Positions 28,568-37,660 of a stretch of DNA of 64,000 bases are shown one piece after another; position 1 is the first letter of the stretch; every line of letters starts with the position of its first letter. The position numbers and the translations under genes are program-made. The DNA comes from a virus. Lineage: Duplodnaviria > Heunggongvirae > Uroviricota > Caudoviricetes. The stretch lies in IMG/VR virus record IMGVR_UViG_3300024348_000010; one strand, written 5' to 3'. The notes below the pieces were generated by a model. It was not told where the DNA came from. It ran no database searches and worked only from the letters and a program-made list of their open reading frames with translations.

Positions 28568-28940
28568 CGTTTTCTACCTCATAACGTTGCATCGTGCCTT
28601 TCCAGACTTTTACTCCACAACCATCATATTCCCAATCCCGTTGATCCGGATCGAGTTCTTTCATACTTGGATTTGGAGTATCATAGACTACTTCGTGCAC
28701 ATACTTAAATTTCTCTTCTTCTGACCACTCTTTGAGATAGTCATTATCTTCGTCGAAGATGCGAAGATACTCTGCATCATCAATCACGCGAGTAGAAGTG
28801 ATAGTCTCGTCAAGATATAATTGACTGAACTCTTCAGCTTCTTTCATCGTCACGACGTCTTTGGCATGTTCTGCGCTCTCGCATTCCACGACATATCGCA
28901 TGCGAAAGAAGTCGATTGTCTCTACAAGATACTTAGGCAC
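28554..28940 (-). CDS. hypothetical acidic protein
   Basis: 128 aa. Confidence 0.4.
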   Translation of the reverse strand: MPKYLVETIDFFRMRYVVECESAEHAKDVVTMKEAEEFSQLYLDETITSTRVIDDAEYLRIFDEDNDYLKEWSEEEKFKYVHEVVYDTPNPSMKELDPDQRDWEYDGCGVKVWKGTMQRYEVENDGTE

Positions 28941-29178
28941 CTTCTTTGAGTCCCATTTTTACCAGCTCATCGGGAGTGGAGTACCACTTGAGGAGAAGTT
29001 CGAGCGCGTCGATGTGCTTTTGGATCTCGGCATCATCGGCTTCTTGATCACCCCAGACAAAAACCCAGTCGCCATTGCCGAGATTGCCCTTTAAAGCTTC
29101 CCATGTATTACGCAGCTGACCGACCACGACGTGGTCTACAGTTTCCCAATCGAGTTCTACAGTATATCCAGAAGACAT
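28933..29178 (-). CDS. hypothetical protein
   Basis: Internal Met start chosen so the gene abuts the KAS stop. Confidence 0.35.
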   Translation of the reverse strand: MSSGYTVELDWETVDHVVVGQLRNTWEALKGNLGNGDWVFVWGDQEADDAEIQKHIDALELLLKWYSTPDELVKMGLKEGA

Positions 29179-29179
29179 T

Positions 29180-30289
29180 TTACTTTTCCTTTTCAACAAT
29201 AATTGAACAACACTTACCACCAAATCCAAATGAATTGACAAGAACTTTCTTGACATCTGTCTCGATGTTCTCCATCACCACATCCATATCAGTGTCTTGA
29301 CAACCAGCGGTATGAGGAATCACACCGTTCTGAATAGACAGTACACTGTAAATTGTTTCAAGTACACCTGCTGCAGCGAAAGTATGTCCAATTTTTCCTT
29401 TATTGGAATAGATCGGTGCATCAGTAAACTCGCGAACCACGTCATACTCTACCACATCTCCGAGTGGAGTGCTGGTTCCATGCGAGTTGACTGAGTCGAC
29501 TCCTTCGAGATCCAGCTTCTCCAAGCAAAGACGAGCTCCGGCTCCAGAAGGTGCAGTCGGATCGTGTGCATCTGAAGCATTCGAAACTCCAGTGATGCGA
29601 GCATATACCTTCGAACCCATCGCTTCGGCCTTTTCTCTCGACTGAAGGATGATGCAACCTGCACCTTCACCCATAATAAAACCGTCGCGATTCTTATCGA
29701 ATGGCATCGACTTCGAACCGATCGCCTTGATAATCGAGAAGAAGTAGAGATCCATGTGATTTACGCCAGCATCAGAACCGCCTACGATCACATAGTCATA
29801 CTCATCGAGCATTCGCATAGCATATTCGATGCTTACCAAACCTGTAGCACAAGCAGAATACACCATGGTATTGATACCAGTATATCCATACTTAATTGAG
29901 ATTTGACTGCAGAGATAATCCATCGTTGAGCGAAGGATCTGTTTTGGTTTCATCTTTCGACCTTCGGCATCTAACTTTGCTTTTGTCGAGTTGCCGCCTA
30001 AAAGAGTCGAGAAGATGACACCTACATTCGATGAATGCGGCAAATTTGCCATGTGTAAAGCTTGCTCAACCGCATGCATACCATAAGCTACTGCTCGAGG
30101 TTGTAATTCTTCATCGATATCAATTTCAGGATAAAACCCGTACTTAACTTTAAGATTGTGGCCTTCATGAACATGAGGATCGATAGGTTTATGGAAGTCT
30201 CGATCATTAAGCATATTCTCCCAACAATCGATGGGATTATCACCTAACGCATCGATCATTCCAAAGCCGACGATGCATGCTTCTTTCAT
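29180..30289 (-). CDS. beta-ketoacyl-ACP synthase (FabF/FabB-like condensing enzyme)
   Basis: 369 aa. Active-site Cys (SACATGL), HGTSTPLGD and GHTFAAAG His/Gly motifs of KAS I/II. Confidence 0.75.
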   Translation of the reverse strand: MKEACIVGFGMIDALGDNPIDCWENMLNDRDFHKPIDPHVHEGHNLKVKYGFYPEIDIDEELQPRAVAYGMHAVEQALHMANLPHSSNVGVIFSTLLGGNSTKAKLDAEGRKMKPKQILRSTMDYLCSQISIKYGYTGINTMVYSACATGLVSIEYAMRMLDEYDYVIVGGSDAGVNHMDLYFFSIIKAIGSKSMPFDKNRDGFIMGEGAGCIILQSREKAEAMGSKVYARITGVSNASDAHDPTAPSGAGARLCLEKLDLEGVDSVNSHGTSTPLGDVVEYDVVREFTDAPIYSNKGKIGHTFAAAGVLETIYSVLSIQNGVIPHTAGCQDTDMDVVMENIETDVKKVLVNSFGFGGKCCSIIVEKEK

Positions 30290-30681
30290 TCTACAACTTT
30301 CTTATAACGATTGATGGTGCCATCGGCTTCTTCGACCATAATCTCATCCATACGAGGATTATGAGCTAGAATTCTTTGTTCACCTTCGGCGATCACTCGA
30401 CCAGCTTCACGAAGAGTACGCATCACTGCATTGGCGATGCCTTTAGTATTACGACCGCTATCCATAGCAAGGCCAGCAGCATCAGCACAATCAAAATATA
30501 ACTTGTCTGGCAGTGACCAAGACAAGTCGACGGCGTTTTCAAAGTCACCTACACGACGCAGGTAGTCCTGACCGCCATCTACCCATACAGCACCGCAAGT
30601 GCAATTTACAAAGTCATGACGATGTTTAGAGATGATGAGATCTCCACATGACAAACAATTTACTGCGTTCTGAACAATCAT
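30286..30681 (-). CDS. hypothetical protein
   Basis: 131 aa, Cys-containing N-terminus. Confidence 0.4.
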   Translation of the reverse strand: MIVQNAVNCLSCGDLIISKHRHDFVNCTCGAVWVDGGQDYLRRVGDFENAVDLSWSLPDKLYFDCADAAGLAMDSGRNTKGIANAVMRTLREAGRVIAEGEQRILAHNPRMDEIMVEEADGTINRYKKVVE

Positions 30682-30911
30682 TCTGCTATCACCTTTTCGT
30701 GCACTTGTGTAATGTGCTTACATTTATTATAGAAGTTAAAACCAGGACAGTCACACACCCAACCTTGATCGAGCATCGTGACGTGATACTGTTTGCCTTT
30801 ACAGTTTATATATGGCCATGTCAGACCGACCAAATGATGGTCGTGAAAATTGATGCCAGCCATTGCGAGTGGTGTACGAAAGGCGGAATAAGTTGGTGTA
30901 TGGTCAATCAT
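30678..30911 (-). CDS. SWIM-type zinc-finger protein
   Basis: CKGKQYHVTMLDQGWVCDCPGFNFYNKCKH (CxC...CxH). Confidence 0.4.
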   Translation of the reverse strand: MIDHTPTYSAFRTPLAMAGINFHDHHLVGLTWPYINCKGKQYHVTMLDQGWVCDCPGFNFYNKCKHITQVHEKVIAE

Positions 30912-31091
30912 AGGTTCACCTTACTACAAAAAACTAATTTTGTAAACCCCCTAAAGCGAGAAGAATCAAAATAATAAAAAGAAAACCATAGAGGGCAAAT
31001 CGCAAAAAAATCTTGGCGACCTTAAACCCGACCCAAAGGAAGAAGCCTAAGATCGCCAAGAACGGCAACGATGAGAGGAGGAACACGATGC

Positions 31092-31511
31092 TCAACCGCG
31101 TCTCTTACCAGTTGCCGGATCGGCCGCTTCAGACTTGGAAAGGACAACAAGTCCGCCTTTGTTATAGGCTTGGCCGATGATATAATTGCCACTGACGGCA
31201 AGCTTTTCTTTCTCGTAAGAAGAATTCTTTGCGTAGTGTACACCGATCTCGTTCTGAGATGGGTACTTCTTACGATGATCTGATACGTTGTAATCAGGCA
31301 TCGGCGTGCCACGAAGCTTCGGCTTGTAGTTGCCTGCACGGTATTGCTGATATTCTTCGAACGTCTTTGGCTTGACGCCAATACGCTTGCAAAACTTACA
31401 GTCTTCGAGCCAAGCCAAACCAATTTTGGTATACTTCGAAGTTGTCATTTTGGACTTACGCTTGCCATGATGAGTGGTAGTGTAAGCAGGACCAAGAAGA
31501 TGCATTGTCAT
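31092..31511 (-). CDS. hypothetical basic protein
   Basis: 139 aa. TGTACATG element upstream at 31558. Confidence 0.4.
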   Translation of the reverse strand: MTMHLLGPAYTTTHHGKRKSKMTTSKYTKIGLAWLEDCKFCKRIGVKPKTFEEYQQYRAGNYKPKLRGTPMPDYNVSDHRKKYPSQNEIGVHYAKNSSYEKEKLAVSGNYIIGQAYNKGGLVVLSKSEAADPATGKRRG

Positions 31512-31552
31512 AATATAATTTCCTCCTGATTCTGGTATACACTACCACGCAT

Positions 31553-31572
31553 TAATTGTACATGCTTACTTT
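31553..31572 (-). promoter_or_regulatory. conserved TGTACATG element
   Basis: TTAATTGTACATGCTTACTT upstream of 31092..31511. Confidence 0.45.
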
Positions 31573-32363
31573 ACGTTGACGATACCCTTGAAGTCGTAAG
31601 GGATAACGATCGTGTTGACCTTACCGTCCTTGACAGCTTCGGCAATAGTAACGATAGCAGTTGCTTCCATGTACTTCGTTGCACCAGCGTTGGCATTCAG
31701 AGCAGCAATACGTTGTGCTTCAAGCTTAGCAGTACGAACTTCGACTTGCTTCTGCTTCTCAGCATTCTGAGCTTGAACAAGCGCATTAGCCGAGGCTACG
31801 ATGTTTGCAGCAGGCTTTACCTGACGAACAAGAACCTGTGAGATTGAAATTGCACCGTCAAGCTTCTCAGAAGCGAGCTGTGCTACAACTTCCTGACGAA
31901 TCAACTGTTCCATCTCAGCACGGTTATCAGCCATCTTCAATGACTCGTAACGACGAGCAACCTTATAGGCAGCATTACGACCAAGCTGACGGATGTAGTT
32001 GTACATCAGAAGAGTATCACCTTCTTCGGTGTCAGCGTGAAAACCACGGTTCTTCTCGATGTAGAGTTCTGCGACAGAACCTGGATTGATCGAGTAGATC
32101 ACTGCCATATCGAAGTCGGCAACAGTCGAGTTGTCCGAAGCCAATGGAGTCAAGTCAGACACATCAACCTGAACGTCCTTCGTTGGGAATGTCATGACAT
32201 CACCGAAGATGGTCTGATTAACAGAACCAGGCATCAACTCAGTGGTTTCAATAGTCTTGTCGAACGAACGACGAACACCAACTTCACCTGTTTCGATACG
32301 AGTACATGCAGCAGTCGTGGCCATCAGACCAGCGAGAACAGCAACCTTAGTAACATTTTTCAT
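31566..32363 (-). CDS. SPFH/band-7 domain lipoprotein
   Basis: Signal peptide plus lipobox (TTAAC). Ala-rich coiled coil typical of stomatin/HflK-like proteins. Confidence 0.45.
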   Translation of the reverse strand: MKNVTKVAVLAGLMATTAACTRIETGEVGVRRSFDKTIETTELMPGSVNQTIFGDVMTFPTKDVQVDVSDLTPLASDNSTVADFDMAVIYSINPGSVAELYIEKNRGFHADTEEGDTLLMYNYIRQLGRNAAYKVARRYESLKMADNRAEMEQLIRQEVVAQLASEKLDGAISISQVLVRQVKPAANIVASANALVQAQNAEKQKQVEVRTAKLEAQRIAALNANAGATKYMEATAIVTIAEAVKDGKVNTIVIPYDFKGIVNVK

Positions 32364-32593
32364 AATATATTCCTTTAAAACAATACAACGATTGAAACTG
32401 CAATCACAGTCGCCAAGGTGGCACAAGCCAAACTATACCCCAGCACCTTGGCGAGCTGAAGTTTTTCACGACCACTTGCAGCAGTGAAACCTTGGATCGC
32501 AAGGAACACGACTGCGAAGATAGCCAGAAACGCGAAAATCATTTTACTCATTCTATATCTCCTTATACATCACTTATTAGATAATGGCAACAG

Positions 32594-32971
32594 CTATTCG
32601 AAACTATCTGCCTTAAACATCTGCTTCTCAAACCGATCTAGAATCTCATAAAGATCGTCATACTTACCATCTAACACTGCCAGATTCAACTCACGAAAGT
32701 ATGGTCTGAATTCCCCGAACACAGCTTCCGTAATAGCTCGCTGCGTTTGCACGATGGCCTTAGGAAGTGCTTCGGGGCGGTGATCATCTACCCACGCATC
32801 AGCGCCGAGCTTGGCTCGGATACTATACCGCGTCTGTGTGTAGCGCACCACGTCCTTATTCATCGTGGCTTCTACATTAATCATAGAAGAAAGGAGCCCC
32901 TCAGGCTTCATACGGCGCTGATAATTGCGACCAGCTGATGCCTCAACTGCTTGTACTAGTTTACTCATCAA
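32594..32971 (-). CDS. hypothetical protein
   Basis: 125 aa. Confidence 0.45.
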   Translation of the reverse strand: MMSKLVQAVEASAGRNYQRRMKPEGLLSSMINVEATMNKDVVRYTQTRYSIRAKLGADAWVDDHRPEALPKAIVQTQRAITEAVFGEFRPYFRELNLAVLDGKYDDLYEILDRFEKQMFKADSFE

Positions 32972-33606
32972 CCAGGTCCACTTCCATTACCCCAAGCCTT
33001 GGCAGGACCGGTGTAACCAGTATCTGCCCAACGCTTATCGATGCGAGCTTGAACTTCATCGAAGTGCAGAGGCTCATAGTTCGTATGCTCAACCGAGACA
33101 CACAGATAGCGAGGATCCGGGAAGTCAGCATATATGATTTCGTTTCTATCAGCATTAACTCCCCACGGCATTTTGACCTCATTCGCATGAAGATGTCCAT
33201 GGACGTTGACCTTGAAACGTTCTGTCACACAGTCAGGGTGCAGTGGGATATGGCTCAGAATGAACTTATCCACAAACACACGAACACCGTGCATCTGCTC
33301 AAAGCCAACTGCACGATAGTCTTCATCCTTAAAGATGTCATGGTTACCACGAATCAGGATCTTACGGCCGTTCATACGCTTTACCAGTTCGAGATACTTC
33401 TTATTGATTACTACGTCGCCAAGAAAGTAGACAGTGTCCTGCTCTTTCACTTTGGCATTGTGGCGTTCAATCATGGTCTCGTTCATCTCTTCAGTCGAGG
33501 TGAACGGACGCAGCGGACTGCCGTCAGATAGTTTGAACTTTTCCCACGAGTTCGTATGACCAAGATGATGGTCAGAGATAACGAATCTGTTTACAAATCG
33601 AGTCAC
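32968..33606 (-). CDS. calcineurin-like metallophosphoesterase
   Basis: DHHLGH, GDVV, GNHD and GHLH motifs. Confidence 0.65.
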   Translation of the reverse strand: MTRFVNRFVISDHHLGHTNSWEKFKLSDGSPLRPFTSTEEMNETMIERHNAKVKEQDTVYFLGDVVINKKYLELVKRMNGRKILIRGNHDIFKDEDYRAVGFEQMHGVRVFVDKFILSHIPLHPDCVTERFKVNVHGHLHANEVKMPWGVNADRNEIIYADFPDPRYLCVSVEHTNYEPLHFDEVQARIDKRWADTGYTGPAKAWGNGSGPG

Positions 33607-33714
33607 ATTTCCACCATACGTTCGTATGCAGCACGATCGGCTTGCTCATCGAGCCAAGCTTCATAACCTTCCCAGAATTCTTGTTCTTCAGCAGACATCA
33701 TCATATCCTTCTTC

Positions 33715-33765
33715 ATTATAGATCCACCTTACCAAATCTGCAATAAAATGTACATGTTTATTTTT
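33715..33765 (-). promoter_or_regulatory. conserved promoter-like element (full form)
   Basis: TAGATCCACCTTACCAAATCTGCAATAAAATGTACATGTTTATTTT. Minus-sense carries ...GGTGGATCTATAAT plus an AGGA RBS. Confidence 0.5.
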
Positions 33766-34015
33766 ATGAAGATACGTAATTGTCGAGAGTGGTAGAAACT
33801 TTAGTCATAAGTTTGACAAATTTTGGACGAGGTTTTTGGTTAAGGATAATATCGTCGACGGTTGGTGCGACGAAGAAGTTTTTGTAGAGGACGATAGAAT
33901 ATTCGAGGTCGGGATTTTGATTGATAAAATCGACGAGAAGTTGAATGGTAGGGAATTTTGGCGAAGAGGTGTCGAGGTTGTTGTTAAGACGATCGAAATA
34001 TTGAATGGAGTACAT
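33764..34015 (-). CDS. hypothetical protein
   Basis: 83 aa, preceded by the full conserved promoter-like element. Confidence 0.4.
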   Translation of the reverse strand: MYSIQYFDRLNNNLDTSSPKFPTIQLLVDFINQNPDLEYSIVLYKNFFVAPTVDDIILNQKPRPKFVKLMTKVSTTLDNYVSS

Positions 34016-34029
34016 GTGTTTTTTCCTTC

Positions 34030-34080
34030 TTGATTATAGGTCCACCTTACCAAAGTTTTGATAAAATGTACATGTTTATT
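34030..34080 (-). promoter_or_regulatory. conserved promoter-like element (full form)
   Basis: TTGATTATAGGTCCACCTTACCAAAGTTTTGATAAAATGTACATGTTTATTT. Minus-sense reads ...GGTGGACCTATAATCAAGAAGGAAA-ATG. Confidence 0.55.
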
Positions 34081-34125
34081 TCAAAAAAAGAGCAAAAAAA
34101 TGGGCGACCCGAAAGCCGCCCATCA
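34081..34125 (-). terminator. rho-independent terminator
   Basis: GGGCGGCTTTCGGGTCGCCC hairpin plus a T-run on the minus strand. Confidence 0.5.
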
Positions 34126-34241
34126 TGCGTGTAGCAGGAGGAACCCCACCTGTGACCCTGCCTATTCCAGTCGTCAATTAAGACACTTGCCTCTTACACA
34201 GTTAAAACTGTATATCCACGCACCACATAGTGTACATCTAT

Positions 34242-34550
34242 TTATACAAGTTCTACAGTCAATTCTAAAGTTTTTTCGCGTTCGGCTAAAAAAAATGCTG
34301 GTGTGTGGCCGTCAAACCCACCGCCAAAGTTCAGATGTCGAACCATTTCTTTGACTTTGGACATACGCACACCCTTGATTACAACCTGATCTGTCTTGGT
34401 CTCAAGGATATCACCGCTGTTTTCGCCAAATCCGCCACCGACATCGACGATCTTTCCAGTATTTACGATCTTATAGTTAACCATCAATCTTCTCCCATTT
34501 AAAACCAAAACAAAGTTCTTGCATCTTGCGATGAAACCAATTAGGCTCAT
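34242..34550 (-). CDS. hypothetical protein
   Basis: 102 aa, Gly-rich. Start may be the internal Met. Confidence 0.35.
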   Translation of the reverse strand: MSLIGFIARCKNFVLVLNGRRLMVNYKIVNTGKIVDVGGGFGENSGDILETKTDQVVIKGVRMSKVKEMVRHLNFGGGFDGHTPAFFLAEREKTLELTVELV

Positions 34551-34655
34551 TGCCTTCCTCGACCATCCACCAAGTATTCTTTAGTATCTGGCACTTCCAT
34601 CTGTATTTAGGATTTTTGACTGTATTGACTATCCAGTCACGTCTGAGATTATCGA

Positions 34656-36071
34656 TCATTTGAAACCTGCAAATTTAATTTTCTCAAACTTACTGACTGG
34701 TTTCGATTCATTCTCGAGTCGATAACCAGAGGCGGAGTTGTCGAAGACTGGTCGATCTTCGTCTTGCACAAGATCTTCTTGAGCAGATGCTTCTACATTA
34801 TACAGACGCATTTTCGAATAGTCGACACCAATCACGAATCGCTTGTGTACTGAAGGATCGCCGTAACGATTCTTCAACTGCTTTACCATGATCTGATTGA
34901 GTTGACGTAGCTCTTCACTCGTAATCAAGGCAAACATAAAGTCGGCCGTTGCTGGCAGACCGAACGATTCAGATGTATCTTCGAGACCGACATCAGAGTT
35001 GCTGAAACCAGAACGATTAGTCTGAGTAGCAGAAACGATTGGCACGTTGAACTCGACGGCGAGGCCGCGAAGTTCTTCGGCGATCGCCTTGATGTAGGTG
35101 TACGAGTTCACGTTCGATCCCGGCTTGATCCTCGACGACGCACAGATGTTCAGATAATCGATGTAAATAATGTCGGGGATAAAGTTCTTCTTGATCTTCA
35201 ATTCGTTCAAGAGATGTCGAAAGTTTGCGGATCCTGCGCATGCTGTTGGATACTCCTTCACAATGAGCTTGCCTTTTGCTCGTTCCTTGACTTTGCCTAC
35301 CAACTTGTAGTAGATGGCTTGAGGTAGATCCTTCAGATCGTCGAGTGTTACACCGAGGAGATTGGCATCGATACGCTCGGCGATTCTTTCTTCTGCCATT
35401 TCCAAAGTGATATACAAGACATTCTGACCCGACATCAAGTTTTGAGCCGCGTTATGACACATGAACAATGACTTACCGACACCAGTACCAGCAAGAGCAA
35501 TGTTCAGTGTCTTACGAGGCAGACCGCCTTGAGTAATCTTGTTAAAGAAATCAAGGTCGAAACCGATACGAACTTCCTTACGATGATAGAACTCATAGCG
35601 TTCTGCTGCATCATTCAAGAAGTCGTGGCCGATATGGCTATCGAAAGAAACACCGAGTGCGTCAGTCAAGATCTGAGGAATAGCACCGACTGAGATGCTA
35701 TCCTTCTTGCTGTCGTCTACCAACTGAATAGACTTCATCAAAGCATTATACAATGCCTTGTCTTTACAAAACTTCTCGGTATTATCTACGAGCCATGCCA
35801 CATCACGATCTTCAGACTTGTCAAGTCCAGAGACAACTTCTTTGGCAAGCTTGAACTGATCGTCAGACAGACCACCTACCTCGTTAAGATCAATCTCGAC
35901 AGCAGATTTTGTAGGAAAGTTGTTATACTTTCCCACGTATTCATGAATGATAGAGAAGATCTTACGATCTACAGTGTCTGTAAAGTATTCTTCTTTGAGG
36001 AATGGAATGACCTTGCGGGCATAATCCTCGTTTTCAATAAGATTTCCAAATATGATGTGTTCAATTCTCAT
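34656..36071 (-). CDS. replicative DNA helicase (DnaB-like, T4 gp41-type)
   Basis: 471 aa. Walker A ALAGTGVGKS and RecA-like C-terminal domain. Confidence 0.85.
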   Translation of the reverse strand: MRIEHIIFGNLIENEDYARKVIPFLKEEYFTDTVDRKIFSIIHEYVGKYNNFPTKSAVEIDLNEVGGLSDDQFKLAKEVVSGLDKSEDRDVAWLVDNTEKFCKDKALYNALMKSIQLVDDSKKDSISVGAIPQILTDALGVSFDSHIGHDFLNDAAERYEFYHRKEVRIGFDLDFFNKITQGGLPRKTLNIALAGTGVGKSLFMCHNAAQNLMSGQNVLYITLEMAEERIAERIDANLLGVTLDDLKDLPQAIYYKLVGKVKERAKGKLIVKEYPTACAGSANFRHLLNELKIKKNFIPDIIYIDYLNICASSRIKPGSNVNSYTYIKAIAEELRGLAVEFNVPIVSATQTNRSGFSNSDVGLEDTSESFGLPATADFMFALITSEELRQLNQIMVKQLKNRYGDPSVHKRFVIGVDYSKMRLYNVEASAQEDLVQDEDRPVFDNSASGYRLENESKPVSKFEKIKFAGFK

Positions 36072-37138
36072 TCATCCTCCATCTCATAGACATCTGCCAC
36101 TTCGTCTTCACTTTGCATAATGGCACCGTTTGCTGCAGCGTACTTCTTTTCAACGAACTCATTGAACTTAGGACACTGTAGAATAGGATGCCAGAAGTTG
36201 AAGTTATAAGTATCATTCAGGCGATACGACTTATCGGAGATTTCTCCAGTAGTCATATCAACCTTTTGGAACCAACCAACCTTTGGCTTGATCACGTGAC
36301 CAGACTCGAGAGCCATGTCAAGTAGACCAGACCATTTGCTGATGCCTTCTTCCCATGATACTTCGATTGGAATCTTGCTCTTTTCTTTTACAAAGCGAGA
36401 CTTCTCAACGTTGATGATGAAGTTGTAGCCAGTGACTTCCTTGCCATCTTTCTCTTGTTGACGACCAAGAATGAAGATGTTGTCAGCCGAATAATAGATG
36501 CCAGTGCCACCAGATACGACGGCCTTCGAGTACATCTCTTGAGTCTGATAAGTGTGGTTGACCACGATCAGAGGAATATCCTTGAGGTTAAGATGGGGCG
36601 TAACCATGCGGAAGAGCGACTTCAACTGTTTTGCGCGAGTCATATCGGCGGCTGAGTTCTGCTTGAGTGCATCTTCGACTTCCTTCTTCGAAGCGAGATT
36701 GCCGACCGAGTCGATCACAACGATGACACGATCGCCGCGCTTGATCTCTTCGAACTGATGCATAATATCAAACTTCAACTGTTCGACATCTGTGATGGGA
36801 GTATGGAGAACTCGAGATGTGTCGATGCCGAACGAGTCGAAGTAAGATTGAGGAGTACCAAATTCTGAGTCATAGAAAAGCATGACTGCATCTGGATACG
36901 TGTCCATGTATGCTTTCGCCATGAGAAGACTAAAAGAAGTTTTGAAGTGCTTCGATGGACCTGCCCAAATGGTCAGACCAGGAACGAAGCCACCGTTAAT
37001 TTTACCACTCAATGCAATGTTGATTGCAGGCACTGTCGTGCGGATCATGTCCTTGGCATTGAAGAACTTGGAATCAGACAAAATATCTGAATCCTTGATT
37101 GTGGTATTCTTACGCAATTTATTTAATAGGTCTGACAT
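36068..37138 (-). CDS. uvsX: UvsX recombinase (RecA-like)
   Basis: 356 aa. Collinear with T4 UvsX from MSDL... through GPSKHFKTS (Walker A) and the C-terminal acidic tail. Confidence 0.9.
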   Translation of the reverse strand: MSDLLNKLRKNTTIKDSDILSDSKFFNAKDMIRTTVPAINIALSGKINGGFVPGLTIWAGPSKHFKTSFSLLMAKAYMDTYPDAVMLFYDSEFGTPQSYFDSFGIDTSRVLHTPITDVEQLKFDIMHQFEEIKRGDRVIVVIDSVGNLASKKEVEDALKQNSAADMTRAKQLKSLFRMVTPHLNLKDIPLIVVNHTYQTQEMYSKAVVSGGTGIYYSADNIFILGRQQEKDGKEVTGYNFIINVEKSRFVKEKSKIPIEVSWEEGISKWSGLLDMALESGHVIKPKVGWFQKVDMTTGEISDKSYRLNDTYNFNFWHPILQCPKFNEFVEKKYAAANGAIMQSEDEVADVYEMEDE

Positions 37139-37194
37139 AACTTCTCCTTGTCTGATTGTCCCAGTATATACGATATATCTTTATTTGTACACCA

Positions 37195-37425
37195 TTAAGA
37201 TGCGAGAATCTTATTTAATTTAGTAATGAAGAGATCGATTTTCTCGGCACGATTAGGCCAGTTGATGATCGGGTTTTTGTCTGCATCTTTCTTTAAGTTT
37301 GTAAGTAAAGGCATGATGGCATCGTACATGTAACGTGCCTTATCGTTGCCTTCTTGTTTGATTTCTTCTTCAGATGAAGTCGTGAAACCAAAATCAAAGT
37401 CTAAGTCTATATCTAGTTTAGCCAT
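37195..37425 (-). CDS. hypothetical small protein
   Basis: 76 aa. Confidence 0.4.
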   Translation of the reverse strand: MAKLDIDLDFDFGFTTSSEEEIKQEGNDKARYMYDAIMPLLTNLKKDADKNPIINWPNRAEKIDLFITKLNKILAS

Positions 37426-37660
37426 TAATAACTCCTATTGTCCAGTTTTCAGCGCAATCTTCTGCGTATCGTAATGTTTTGTCTTTTAAAACTCGCGTTT
37501 CAATATGCTCATCATTTTCAAAAAACTTGACATAGTAATAATCATCATAGATTTGCTTATGCAATTCAGCTCGGCGATTTGCATATTTTCCATTGCCATT
37601 GTATTCTGTTACCATCATGAGAACCAATCCTCCAGTGTTGCGCGTTTTTCTGCTTGCCAT
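37418..37660 (-). CDS. hypothetical small protein
   Basis: 80 aa. Confidence 0.4.
   Translation of the reverse strand: MASRKTRNTGGLVLMMVTEYNGNGKYANRRAELHKQIYDDYYYVKFFENDEHIETRVLKDKTLRYAEDCAENWTIGVING

Noticed and set aside
31022-31423. 133-aa ORF overlapping 31092..31511 in another frame
   Set aside because: The two frames overlap almost completely. I kept the longer one, which is preceded by the conserved upstream element.
34242-34550. GroES-like co-chaperonin (T4 gp31 analogue)
   Set aside because: Gly-rich hairpin-like segments noted, but no convincing alignment to the GroES mobile loop/roof. Left as hypothetical.
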